Origin: Octopus sinensis
Lineage: Eukaryota
DNA: 64,000 nucleotides
Assembly (NCBI RefSeq): GCF_006345805.1
Contig: NC_043007.1
Coordinates: 17,112,001-17,176,000, forward strand
Reading direction: 5' to 3'
Below the pieces are notes generated by a model. That model was given only the letters and a program-made list of their open reading frames with translations, was not told where the DNA came from and ran no database searches. This document shows, piece after piece, positions 28,158-41,522 of the stretch; the stretch's first letter is position 1, and each line of letters starts with the position of its first letter. A program made the position numbers and the translations under genes.

Positions 28158-28460
28158 GTTTGTTCCTTCTCGAGCCATGCCTGGCTCATTAGGGCCAGTT
28201 TCCCAGTTTCCTTGGCATATAGGTTCCCCACCTGGACGGGGCGCTGGTCCGTCACAGGTGAGCTGCAAGATGCAGGAGGAAAGAGTGAGAGAAAGTTGCA
28301 GCGAAAGAGTGAGCAGAAGTTCGCCATTACCTTCTGCCGGAGCCATGTGGAGCTTAGGTGTTTCGCTCATAAACACATACATCGCCTGGTCTGAGATTCG
28401 AACCCGCGATCCCTCAACTGCGAGTCTGCTGCTCTAACCACTAGGCCATGTGCCTCCACG
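28158..28460 (-). mobile_element. tRNA-derived SINE family C (~300 bp)
   Basis: tggaggcacatggcctagtggttagagcag...ggttcgaatc...cacctaagctccac; related copies 23042-23330(+), 24179-24465(+), 40410-40630(-), 52460-52760(-). Confidence 0.88.
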
Positions 28461-29258
28461 ATGGTGACAATAGCGGTAGTGATATTGTTACAAGATCATC
28501 ATCAATATTATCACCACTGCTACCTAAAGACGAAATTTTGATACAATTGTTAGTAAAATTCTCTTAGCTGGTTGGTATTCCTTCCCTTTAAGAATATATT
28601 CTGGTTATAATTTCTAAGCAATGTATCTCACAATATACTTCTGCCTCAATTTGTATTGATTCAGGGAAAACAATATCTTGTTTAAATTAGTTTTGTGCAT
28701 TGTAACTGAACTGAAGAAAGAGGGTCAATAGAGGAATCTGGCCCCTGTCTGTTTATCCATCAGTGTTTCAGTTATCTACACATCATCTCCATCCATGTTT
28801 CACATTTCATTTGGCATGCTGTTTTCTTTGCATGTGTTCTTTCTTTTCATTTTGTGTGTGTGTGTGTTTTTTGGTTGTAAATGGTTTTCTTATAAAAGCT
28901 GTAAATTTAATATTTTTTCAGGAGAACAGGTTGGGTAGATGGGTGTTATCAGATTGTACGATGCTCAGGTTTTTTTTCTAAAAACGTTAGTGATTTTAGT
29001 GAAATGAATCTGCTATACAATCAAGGATTGAAACTGGATCACTTTACTTGCCTATGGCTTTATTCTTCTGTGTTTGATGTATTATCTGCTAATAATTTTC
29101 TTTTATTTTTAAGCATGTGTATTTCACTTACTCTCTCTCTTTCTCTACATTCTCCCTGTATTACACACGCACACACTCTCTCTCTCTCCCTCTCTCTCTC
29201 TCTCTCACAAGAGTGAGCTATTATTGATTAAATAACTATTAATTATATACAAATATAT

Positions 29259-29678
29259 GCGCAGGAGTGGCTGTGTGGTAAGTAGCTGGCTTACCAACCA
29301 CATGGTTCTGGGTTCAGTCCCACTGCGTGGCACCTTGGGCAAGCGTCTTCTGCTATAGCCTCGGGCCGACCAAAGCCTTGTGAGTGGATTTGGTAAATGA
29401 AAACTGAAAGAAGCCCATCATATATATGTATATATATGTGTGTGCTTGTATGTTTATGTGTCTGTGTTTGTCCCCCTAGCATTGCTTGACAACCGATGCT
29501 GGTGTGTTTATGACCCCGTCACTTAGTGGTTCAGCAAAAGAGACCGATAGAATAAGTACTGGGCTTACAAAGAATAAGTCCTGGGGTTGAGTTGCTTGAT
29601 TAAAGGCGGTGCTCCAGCATGGCCGCAGTCAAATGACTGAAACAAGTAAAAAAAAAAAAAAAAAAAAAAGAAAAAAAG
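29259..29678 (+). mobile_element. SINE family A, full length with poly(A)
   Basis: Colinear with 50177-50592. Confidence 0.92.
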
Positions 29679-30079
29679 ATGTTATGTTGGTGACCCCTTG
29701 GAAAACAAAATACAGAATTCATTCAAGCATCTGATATGAATTATTGTTAAAATGATTGATTTTTCACACTTATAACCACATCTTTATATATGAAACATTT
29801 TCTAACGTCTACATTTAAACTCTCATCCAATCAGTTCGATCTCAGATATGTCTGGATATGTATCTAGGACCACACCAAATTCCAAACAAAAAGTGTTTAT
29901 TTATAGACAAAGCGTACTAACATTACTATTCACTAAGCTACTGACACAAGTAATATTCTGACTCAATTCGACTTCAAAAATTATGACAGTGCTGATGACT
30001 GTACCCCAGCATGATCCTAACACATTGGCTGGATCCACTAAAAGAGTACCTATCCAAATACTATAAAAGACCTTTTTTT

Positions 30080-30481
30080 TTTTTAACTTGTTTCAGTTAT
30101 TTTGACTGTGGCCATGCTGGAGCACCGCCTTTAATCGAGCAACTCGACCCCGGGACTTATTCTTTGTAAGCCCAGTACTTATTCTATCGGTGTCTTTTGC
30201 CGAACCGCTAAGTGACGGGGGACATAAACACACCAGCATCGGTTGTCAAGCGATGTTGGGGGGACAAACATACATGCACACACATATATATACATATATA
30301 TACATATATATATATATATACGACGGGCTTCTTTCAGTTTCCGTCTACCAAATCCACTCACAAGGCTTTGGTCGGCCCGAGGCTATAGTAGAAGACAATT
30401 GCCCAAGGTGCCATGCAGTGGGACTGAACCTGGAACCATGTGGTTGGTAAACAAGCTACTTACCACACAACCACTCCTGCA
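30080..30481 (-). mobile_element. SINE family A, full length
   Basis: Reverse complement of 29259-29650. Confidence 0.92.
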
Positions 30482-30589
30482 CCTACAAATTCTTTTCATA
30501 AAAATTAATGGCTATATAGCAAAAGGATTGAGACTATAATATTCTAAATTATTCTTAGCCATGTGATTTAAGAAACCTTGAATTTAAGA

Positions 30590-31038
30590 AGCTGGGTCGT
30601 CGAAGTGAACACTGGCAGAGCACCAGTCGGCATCTTTTACGGTCGGAACTACGACGGTATCTGATTGTCTTCAAACCTCCAACTTTCGCTCTTGATTGAG
30701 GAAAATGTGCTTGCCACACACCGTCGCTGCAGTGCGTCTTGCGATGATCCAAGAATTTCACCTCTAACGTCACAATAAGAGTGGCCCCGATTGCTCCCTT
30801 CGATCATTGCCTTGTCGTGAACGGAGACCAATGGATGACGTGCGGACGAGGCCATTTTCCATCATTCCATGCCTTTTGTATGCAAGCCGGTGGGGCTCAC
30901 TCTGAGCACTCTAATTTTTTCGCAGTGAACGTACCAGCCGCCTCGGACACTCAACGAAGAGCACCCTTGTAGGAACCGTGCGGACCGAAACAACCAGGAG
31001 GTGGGCGCGTTACCGCAACATGAACAGCGATGCCCGAC
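30590..31038 (-). pseudogene. Dispersed 18S rRNA fragment (about V4-V5 region)
   Basis: GC-rich island containing reverse complements of conserved SSU motifs: agtcggcatc..ggtcggaactacgacggtatctgat, tccaagaatttcacctcta, cactctaattttttc; only ~450 bp, no rDNA context. Confidence 0.9.
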
Positions 31039-31725
31039 GATGACTGTACCCTGGCATGATCCTAACACACTGGCTGGAACCACTAAAAGAGTACCTATCC
31101 AAATACTATAAAAGATTCAACACGGCCCTCTGACCTATCAAATTCTATACCTAAAAATTAATGGATCGAGACTAATATTCTAAATTATTCTTAACCATGT
31201 GATTTAAGAAACCTTTCTTCTCAAATTTTAATATCTCACTTTTTACCCCTCACTCTTTTGTCTGCTCAAGACTGCCTATGATGCAAACCCTTTCATTTTC
31301 AAAATGTTCTTGTTTAAATTAAAATCTTCTACCCTAATTTTCTGTAAGAATCTTTTGTTTTGAAAAATATCTTCCAAAGTCAAGTTTAATAATGAAAAAT
31401 TTATCTTCCTAAATCTCTCCGCAATCTTATTTTCAAAATTAATTGAAACATTTAAGCATTTGTATTTCATGACTGTCATGAAATTTTTTTTTGTCTATTA
31501 AATTTTTTTATACAAGTTTATTTTCCCCAGAAGATTTTTTTTTTTTCTTTTTTTCCACAGAAATAATTTCCTTCAGAGTTCAGCAGTTCTGAAGATTATT
31601 TTTCTCTCATTTCCTCCTGATCTTTTGATGTTTTTTTAATTTTATTTATTTAATCTGTATGCGTTTCTTGACACTTCTAGCAAATCCTTTAATCTCTCTT
31701 AATAAATGTTGTTTCAATTTTTCAG

Positions 31726-31806
31726 ATTTCTTATTCAAATTCCTAGTCATAGGAAGTGCTGGTACTGGGAAGTCCTGTATTTTACATCAATTCATTGAGA
31801 ACAAAT
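31726..31806 (+). CDS. RAB4: Rab4 small GTPase, coding exon (81 bp; G1/P-loop)
   Basis: ttttcag acceptor and gtaagt donor; translates (D)[26 protein letters not shown], the Rab4 N-terminus with GxxxxGKS. Confidence 0.96.
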
Positions 31807-32308
31807 GTAAGTATAAAGTTTTCTTTTACATTGCACTCCTATCCATCTGGTTGTTAGTTAGCTCTGATCCAGTTGGTATTTCCAGCTATGACCATCCCAT
31901 CTTTTATTCAGAGATATTGTATTTATAACTATATATATACTCACACACTCCTGTCACAACCTGGGACCTTGAAGACTGCTATAACACTTGAAAGTATACT
32001 AGTCCCCTAATATTTGATATTCAACATTTCATCTATTCAATAAGACAATCAATACTTCAATTCATTTCATTTTACTATATATATACTATTTATACTATAT
32101 ATTCTACATTAATATTATAAAGAATATAAATAAAACATAAAAAACAGAGTTGGAATTTCTTTGAATAATATATATATCTCTATACACAATCACACAAACC
32201 TTTTATATATATATATATAATGTGAATATGTCCTTTTGTTGTTTTTTTTTAAGCTGCTAGTGTCTCATTTTGGGGAGATTCAGCCAGAGTGGGTAATATC
32301 TTTCTTGT

Positions 32309-32344
<36 letters not shown>

Positions 32345-33774
32345 GCACAAGGACTTAGAAATTATAAATCACAAATGCACAATCACACACACTTTCTAAG
32401 TTGTTGTGAATCTGGTATATAATGCATGAGGACTCATTTGGTGCACACAGGCAAACTGTCTGCAAAGCTTTAGTGATAGCCACAATAGTGTACTGTCCCC
32501 ATATTCAAGATGCTGCTGCTATACATACAGGCATCTTAGACTGCATTGGAAGAAGGCTATCAACTAATTGACATGAAATCACTCACAAACCTGTTTCTTT
32601 GACAGTATGGGTCTGTAAATAATACTAAGAATCATTCTTAGGTTTTCCCATCACTTTCCTTCAGCCAGTTGAGCATCATTGGATCTTCTTTTACCTCTTA
32701 TTGAGGTACCTTTGGCCACTGAACAACAGTACCACTTGTTGCATACGTCCACAGAAGGTGATAAACATATGCAAACAGGCTGAGGTAGAACAGCAGCTAA
32801 CCTGCATTGAGGTGGGTGGATATCACAAATCCTCCATATACCCAGCATCTCAGGTCTCCCCCACAAGACTCAGGCCACCTTCTATTGTACTGAAAGCAGG
32901 AAACTGGCTTTTATTCTACACATTTTTAAATTCAAAAGTTAACACTACCAAACTACTCAGTTACCAAACCTTGTTTAGCTGCTAATTTACGGTACAGATG
33001 GCACCACTGGTCCTTCAGACAGTTGTGTTTGCTGTGTGTACTCTACCACAAGTATTGCATTATCTTGCTATATTTTTATGTATTTTTTAACTGAATATTC
33101 TTCAGTCTCTGACAGTTGTTAATGGGTATTTAACTAACATAATCCAAACTATTTAAGCCACAATTCCTAATACTATTGCTTTGAGAGAAATAGCACAAAA
33201 AATGTGATGTACTGAACAATGCTGTCACCAGTCCAACTGATTTACAAACGGTTCTTATCAGAATGCTTATTAAAAATAAATATGCAAGGCATTGTTTTGA
33301 ATTTTACTGTCCACCATGCATTGTTGTTGCAAAAGAGAAGCTGGTGACGAAATACCATAGTCATTAGCATATTCATGTTCAAATCTGCCAGAACATATTC
33401 AGAATAAATGTAGGTATAGGAATATAGTAAGAAGTTTGCTTTCCAACTACATGGTTCCAGGTTCAGTCCCACTGTGTGGCACCTTGGATAAGTGCCTTTT
33501 GCAATAACCTCCTGCTAACCAAAGCCTTGTGAGTGTATTTGGCAGACAGAAACTAAAAGAAGTCCATTGTGTGTGTGTTTGTGCTTCACCACTTTTTAAC
33601 AACCAATGTTTGTGTGTTTACATCCCTGTAACTTAGCAGAGGTGATGCCCCAGCAAGGGCAGAGTCTATGACTGGGACAAAGAAAAAGATAAAGTAGGTT
33701 TTGAATCTTGCTCTTTACTATGCATATAATTTATTACAGAACATGTTTCTCAATTAGGTATCTCTTTCTCTCTT

Positions 33775-34172
33775 TCTCTCTCTTTTACTTGTTTCAGTCA
33801 TTTGACTGCGGCCATGCTGGAGCACTGTTTTTAGTCGAGCAAATCGACCCCGCGACTTATTCTTTGTAAGCCCAGTACTTATTCTATCGGTCTCTTTTGC
33901 CGAACCGCTAAATGATGGGGACATAAACACACCAGCATCGGTTGTCAAGCAATGCTAGGGGGACAGACACACAAACACATACACACACACACATATATAT
34001 ATATACATATATACGACAGGCTTCTTTCAGTTTCCGTCTACCAAATCCACTCGCAAGGCATTGGTCGGCCCGGGGCTATAGCAGAAGACACTTGCCCAAG
34101 ATGCCACGCAGTGGGACTGAACCCGGAACCATGTGGTTGGTAAGCAAGCTACTTACCACACAGCTACTCCTG
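33775..34172 (-). mobile_element. SINE family A
   Basis: Colinear with other family A copies. Confidence 0.9.
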
Positions 34173-35679
34173 GAATGAAAATTTTTTGTTTCAATAGTTG
34201 ACCAGGCCCCAATTAGACCTTCATCTTCAGAAGAGTGAACTGGCTTCAATCTTTAATGACATGTAATTGGTAGCTGGCACATTCAGTAATGCTCCCAGCT
34301 TCTCTTCTCAGATGTGTGTAATTTAGGGGTGGGGGTGGGGACATGGAGTTCACTCTATAGTGCATACTCTTGTTCAACAAGCAATTCACCACATATGTAA
34401 AAATGTTTGAGTTATAGAAAAGAAAATGAACCTAATTTGAGACCCACTTCAATTAAATTTAAGTAAATCTCAAATTTTAAACTAGCTGCCCACAGTGTTA
34501 TGGAGAAATCATTCCCTGTTGTTCAAATAAAGGGATGCTTTTATTTATTTAGCCTAGAATGGGAGAGAATGTAGCTAGATTGGATTTCACTTATCTGCAT
34601 AATACAAGTCCAGACAGCACAGTTATTGCATTTGCCTTTGTATGCAAGATTCTTTCAAGCAAGATTGGTGTGTATCTGGCTGATCTAGTGACCAAAATCT
34701 TTAAAAGTTTACTCAACCTGTTTGAAGATACAAATGTTGGTCAACAAAGCTGATGAGTAAATGAAAGACATGCTCCTTTTAGAACTTTTATCAGATAAAT
34801 TTAAACAAGGATGATTATATAAATAAACATTCAGACGCTGGCCACAATCATTTACTATATGAACTTACTGTACAATGGCTTACTATATGGAAATTATTGG
34901 ATACAGAAAGGTAGAAACACAAATATGAACATTTGTAAGTTGGGTAAGAACCACTACAAATACTAAAAACTATAGAGGTCATCATCATCATAGTTTAACT
35001 TCTGTTTTCCATGCTAGCATGGGTTGGATGGTTCAACCAGGGTCTGGGAAGCCAGGAGGCTGCACCAGGCTCCAGTCTGATCTGGCAGTGTTTTTACAGC
35101 TGGATGCCCTTCCTAATGCCAACCACTCCGTGAATGTAGTGCTTGCTTTTTACATGCCACCAGCACAGGTGCCAGGGGAGGCTGGCAACGGCCATGATCG
35201 GTTGGTGCTTTTTATGTACCATCGGCATGGAAGCCAGTCATATTGTGTGTGTTTGGGTGTGTTGTGTTTATTCCCCTCCACAACTTGACAACCAGTATAG
35301 GTTTCTTTGTCTCCATAACTGAGCAGTTCAGCAAAAGATACCAAAAGAGTAAGTATCAAACTTAAATAAATACTGGGGTTGATTTCACTAAACCTTTTAA
35401 GGACTGAAACATGAAAAAGATAAAATAAAAGAGATGTAACGAAGCCTATTAGAATATTTTAAGTTCATAACTAGGGTGGATTTGCCATTCATGCTTCCTG
35501 GACAAGTTAAAATAAATAACAGCTAAGTACACGAGTCAATTTAATCAGTCATACTTTGTAGCCTTGTGACTATTTGAAATCATTATAAGAATATTTTTAA
35601 TTAATTCTTTTTTTTTTTCTCCATCAAAATTAATGTTGTTAAATTGCTGATGTATATACTTTTTTTGTGTCAGTGTTAA

Positions 35680-35916
<237 letters not shown>

Positions 35917-36849
35917 TAAGTAACAGAGATTAGTTAATTTGAGTTTCCCTCTATTAAATCAAACTAACTGGAAAAGGTTGACCAATGTATTAGCATTAAC
36001 GAAGTAAATGAAATGAAAGGATTTGAATTGGGAGTTAAAGCTTAATTGATGATTTGGCTTGTGAGAATGACAACAATTAAATGCTGCTGAAGGTTTTATA
36101 TAGAAGACGATTTGCTAATGAAGATGAGACATTTTACTGTGGATAACTAGGTTTTGTAGTCTAAATTCTGAGGAATTGTTTCTGGACTGGTCAAATTGCT
36201 GAAGGTTAAAAAGAATCAAGCTGTTTTCAGGTTAGAAGAATATTGGTTACTTTCTGACAAATAAAAACTTATGATATGTCTTTTTGCAAAGGGTTTCGGA
36301 TATAAATGTAAAACAGCTCTAACTGGGAACTGAAATCAAGTCCTGTTACCAAGTTCCATAAATATTGAGTAAATTTCTGAAATTTGTTTGTAAAACAGCA
36401 AGAAATTCTTGTCCACTTTATGTGTAGTAGTCGTAGTGCACATATTGTGACCATAATGTAAGATCTAAGTAGTTTGAGATTTCTCACTGACCACAACATC
36501 ATAGAAGTTTAGGTTGATCTTGACAAATCCAAACCAGATATGACATCATCATCGTTATCCTTTTTCATCTGCCTTCCATGCTGGCATGGGTTGGATGGTT
36601 TGACCAGAGCTGGCCAGGTATAAGACCGCACCAGACTTCTGTGTCTGTTTTGGCAGGGTTTTTACAGCTGGATGCCCTTCCTAACACCAACCACCCATCC
36701 AGCAGAGTGGACTGAGTGCTTTTAATGTGGCACAGGGTCAGTTTTGGCAAGGTTTTTACAACTGGATGCCCTTCCAAATCCCAACCACTTTACTATGTGG
36801 ACTAAGGATAAAATAAATAGGGAACACAAACCAAGATGAAACTAAGGCA

Positions 36850-37205
36850 TGCATAAAAGTATTGGTGTCACAGGTTATAATATGGCAAAGCAATGTATTA
36901 GCTGATGTCCAACGGTTCATGTTCCAAGGATATAAAATGTAGTTTATATTACAACTAAATGTAGTACATTGATAAGTTACTCTGGGAATGTGGTTAGAAT
37001 GCCAAAGGAAAGGATCACAAAACAGATTCTTCAACCTGAGCCAACCAGCAGAAGGACTGGGGATAGACCAAGAGCAATATGGTTGGATAATATCCTTAGC
37101 CTCAGTTGGCCATGTTTTAGAATCCAACAGGAAAACAGTGATGATGGTTGTTTCTGATAGGGTCCAGTGGAGGAGGTACTTGGAGGGCTTTATCCACCCC
37201 TGACC
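36850..37205 (+). mobile_element. RTE LINE C-terminal relic
   Basis: VVRMPKERITKQILQPEPTSRRTGDRPRAIWLDNI resembles GHVVRM...R.PKQIL....G.R..GRPR..W.D.I. Confidence 0.8.
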
Positions 37206-37804
37206 CAGAAATAGTAGATGGTGAAGATGAATGTAGTACAGTTGAATTGTCTGTGAAGATATTAAATGCTTCACTAATTCCTGGTTTTACCATTTCCCCA
37301 TATAAAATGGACAGCTTTTAACCTTTCCGTTACTGTATTTTGAGATGCTCTGTGTTTAGAATTTAGTAAAATAACTTAGTTATCATTTAGTGATAGGAAC
37401 ATAAATTGTGACTAAGGTTTGGTGGAAGTTTTTAATTCAAAACTTATGAAAACAAGACATTTGTACTACAGAGCCAGAGGCGGTTTAAGGCGGGTTGGTA
37501 ACGAAAGGGTTAATGAAAGTACAATGTCGAATGCATTGACAAACATCACTACTAAGTTTGTGAGAGTACCAGTACTTCCAGTCATCTACCTGGTGTCCAA
37601 TCAGCCAACCATTTGTATACTAACATTTGTCTACCATTACAGAAAATAGTCTTTCTTTTCTTTTTTACCCTCATCTACTTTATCTTGCCAGTTGTACCAG
37701 CTAGATATTGGGCGAATTCTTGAGGAACAGACAACTTGATCAGCCAAAATAAATTTAATATGATTCTCTTGATGTCTAATCATCTGTTGACTTATCTTTT
37801 ACAG

Positions 37805-37867
37805 TTCAGTCACCCGGAGCTATTACCGAGGAGCTGCTGGTGCTTTATTGGTCTATGACATCACAAG
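37805..37867 (+). CDS. RAB4: Rab4 coding exon (63 bp; switch II)
   Basis: ttttacag acceptor, gttagt donor; SVTRSYYRGAAGALLVYDIT(S); not in the ORF track. Confidence 0.96.
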
Positions 37868-38002
37868 GTTAGTAATGCTGTGTGGCTCTGTGTGCATGCA
37901 TGTGCCATGCTTTAGGATGCATCCTTTCGCCAGTCTTGGGAGCCAAACACTTGTTCCTGTATCACCTTTTGTTTTCATTACATTCTCATAAATATATTTT
38001 AC

Positions 38003-38400
38003 GGAGATGTACTTGCATAGCAAGTGACTTGATCTGAGATCGTGTGCTGGAACGTAAACAATTGCAGTGTGGAAGGTGTTTATAAGCCATTTAAGAAACA
38101 CACAAAAACCGTTAGATTCACTTCAACATTTAAATTTGATTTGTCAAATTATTTTCGTTGTTTTGAGACTGCGACCTGTTCCCTGACAAAATTCCAAGAT
38201 GCAGCACAAAGTTTTGTCAGGGAACAGGTCGCGGTCTGAAAGCGACGAAAATATTTTGACAAATCAAATTTAAATGTTGAAGTGAATCTAACGGTTTTTG
38301 TGTGTTTCTTAAATGGCTTATAAACACCTTCCACACTGCAATTGTTTACGTTCCAGCACACGATCTCAGATCAAGTCACTCGCTATGCAAGTACATCTCC
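38003..38400. mobile_element. Palindromic Penelope-like insert with two inverted hammerhead-like motifs
   Basis: ~189 bp arms (38003-38191 / 38212-38400), 20 bp loop, ctcataaatata repeated on both flanks. Confidence 0.75.
38212..38263 (+). ncRNA. Minimal type I hammerhead-like motif, G3-C8 core variant
   Basis: tttgtca-GGGAACA-g-gtcgc-ggtctgaaa-gcgac-GAAA-a-ta-t-t-t-tgacaaa. Confidence 0.55.
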
Positions 38401-40006
38401 ATAACTCATAAATATAGTAAGTAGTAAAAGTATTGTTTCTGGTGCCAGGACCCATGGGGTCAGTTACTCAATTTCCCTGGCATATAAGTGACTGAGATCA
38501 CAACACTCCCCTGGAGGGGACGCTAGTTAGTCGCAGGGTTACTTACTTACAACTGCGTGGACTGGAGTGCTCACGAAGGCCATGCACTGCTCAGTCCAGG
38601 AATCAAAACTCTGATCTTGTGTTCATAAGTGCAAGACTCTTAACTCCTAGGCCACATGCCTTCATCCATAAATATGGTAGTTGTTGCTTCATTATTGCTC
38701 TTTTCTCTTTTGTGGTGGAATAAGTTCACAATGATTGTATTACCTGTTACACCTCTCACTTGCTTTTAACACAGGCGTAGATGATGTTGAAGTAATCAGT
38801 AGTGTTGGTCATTGAATTTAGGAAGGACTTGTGTACTGTTTGATAAATAAAACTTTTTAATGGTGGTGGTAGTTAGCTAAAAGTCAATCCTGATTGAGCA
38901 GACCTAACATCAAAAGTATTCTGGCTGTGGACATTTTTTCTCTCTTCAGACCTATATGTCGAGGACTGCAATGAGATGGCAGGGTGTTAGGGTATGATTT
39001 ATGGGAGATTTTGGTGCAGAACTGGCTGTGTGGTAAAATGTTTGCTTTACAACCACATGCTTCTGGGTTCACTTCCACTGTTGTGCCATCATGGGTAAAT
39101 GTCTTTTATTATAGTCCCAGGCCAACTAGTCCTGTGAGTGGATTTGACAAAAGGAAACTGAAAGAAGCCTGTTCGTGTATGTGTGTGTTACTGTCTCTTT
39201 GCTTGGACTTCATGTGATAGTTGTAAATAAGTGTCACTATCATATAAGTGGTGTCCTTCACTTCCAAACTTTCATAAAACAATGTCTGGTCATAGGGAAG
39301 CTTTTCCCTTCCTGGGAACTGGCAAGTTTTGGCAAAAGGAAGTATAATCCATCCGTGGAAAATTCACCTCAGCGAATTCTGTCTGACCCATTTGAGCATG
39401 GAAAAATGGACATTAAAACAACCACAATGATGATGGTGATGATTAGCTGGTGGTGTTAATTAGAATCTTGGTTCCTGCTGTTGTTGCTTAGACGAGTGCT
39501 CTGCATCCTTTTTTCACTTGTAGTACACCTACATTCTTTTCAAAATTTGACAGCGCACCTGAACTAAAGATATAACTAAAAGTATAGGGAAAGAAATTAT
39601 ATTCAGGTTACTGTGGCACACCTAGCATCATTTTGTGACACATCAGTGTGCCATGGCATACCAGTTGCACAGCTCTGGCTTAGACCAATGCAAACCTATG
39701 AGCAAAAGTGTTCTAGCTATGACCTTCCCATGATCACAATAACCAATGTCTTTTAAAGACTGTAGGTGTGATTTGATGGGGACCTGGCTGCTATTTCTAA
39801 CAAGTTGGTAGTGATAATAATATTCACCACTGAGCCCAGGTCAGCTGTAATTCAGTAAACATATTCTCAAAGTTGTTCCAACTATGACCATCCTGTATTT
39901 TAATTAAACATAATTTATCTAAGACTATATTACCTTCCCTTCTTCCACAGCCGTGTTATTCAACTGAAAACCTCATCCTTAAGTGCTGTCTCTCTTATTA
40001 TTTCAG

Positions 40007-40161
40007 TCGAGAAACATACAACGCTCTAACTAACTGGTTAACAGACGCCCGCACACTTGCTAGTCCGAACATTGTCATCATATTGGTGGGCAACAAAAAA
40101 GATTTGGAAGCTGATCGTGAAGTAACATTCTTGGAAGCTAGCCGCTTTGCACAAGAGAATG
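40007..40161 (+). CDS. RAB4: Rab4 coding exon (155 bp; G4 NKxD)
   Basis: tttcag acceptor, gtaatg donor; [51 protein letters not shown]. Confidence 0.97.
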
Positions 40162-41371
40162 GTAATGTCTCCTTCTTTGTTCTATCCATAGATGAAACCT
40201 TGATTGTGTAATGAGATTTTTCTTTTCATATATATATAGGGAGAGTTTACGAAAAAAACAAAAGACGAAGACAGGTGGTGTACAAAACAAACTGATGTAT
40301 TAGTATAACGCTCAGGAATAGAAAAAGTATTTTACGTTTCGAGCCTACGCTCTTCTACAGAAAGGGACACAGAAAAAACAAGGAGAGAAAAAAGGAATTA
40401 TTTATTTATTTATGCGCCCTTTTCAAGCCTATCCAGGCTCATAGGCCTGGTTTCTGTGGCTTATGTGTTCCCCCCAGCAGGACGGGACGCCAGTCCATTG
40501 CAGCGTTACTCAAGAAACTGGAAGAGAGAGTGAGAGAAAGTTGGGGCGAAAGAGTACAACAGGGGTCGCCACCACCCCCTGCTGGAGTCTCGTGGAGCTT
40601 TAGGTGTTTTTGCTCAATAAACACACACAACATATTAACACACAGCTGTTGTTGAAAAATATATTTAACTATATTGTAATTATAAAAAACAGTATTGGTA
40701 TTTTCTGCAGGCTTTGTTTCCATGATAAACTTGAGATACCTCAACAAAATATAATTTCAAACTTTACTTTCCTTGACAAAAGATAGGTCAGTATATAAAA
40801 CTGTTTTTTGCAGTGAAAATTCATGGAATTTTGAATGAAAGGTGTTTATAATCACCCATTTTGAATAAGATCAGTAATATATATTCAGTATATTGAAATA
40901 ATGAGTTCCTATGCTTTATGGTGTTGCATAATTTTCTTCATATATTTGTCAAATCTATCTTAGCTGATGGTATATTCCGAACAGTGTCTCAAACACATGC
41001 ACATTAATAAACATAATATATGTTTTCAAGAGCTACTATTAGTTTCATGCGATGTAAACAGTTCAGACAGCATTTTTAAACATGTCTGGTGTCTCTGCAC
41101 AATCCTCAGGCAAAACATGTAAAAAACAGGATATATAATGACTGTGAGATCAACCATGCTTTTAATCACAACTGAAATAGTTTTGGTTCTGAAACCCACA
41201 CTTTCTTCCGAAGAGTTATCTCTCAAATTATTATAGATCAAAGATATAAAGATGTATTCACATGTAAAATTTAATTCGTATGGTTTCTGTTATGCCGTGA
41301 CTGCAGCTGTAAAAGCTTCAGCCTCTGCTTTCGGCTTTACTGATATTGTGACTTGTGATTCTCTTTTTCAG

Positions 41372-41467
41372 AGTTGATGTTTTTGGAAACAAGTGCTTTG
41401 ACTGGAGAGAATGTGGAAGAGACATTTTTGAAGTGTGCACGGTCAATACTTACTAAAATTGAATCAG
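41372..41467 (+). CDS. RAB4: Rab4 coding exon (96 bp; G5 ETSA)
   Basis: tttttcag acceptor, gtaaat donor; (E)[31 protein letters not shown]. Confidence 0.97.
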
Positions 41468-41522
41468 GTAAATGCATTGCTTAATCAATAGTTGTATATG
41501 TGTGTGTGTGTATGTGTGTATA

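Noticed and set aside
30590-31038. Functional rRNA gene, and ORFs 30555-31083
   Set aside because: Short internal 18S fragment without the rest of the unit; ORFs are incidental
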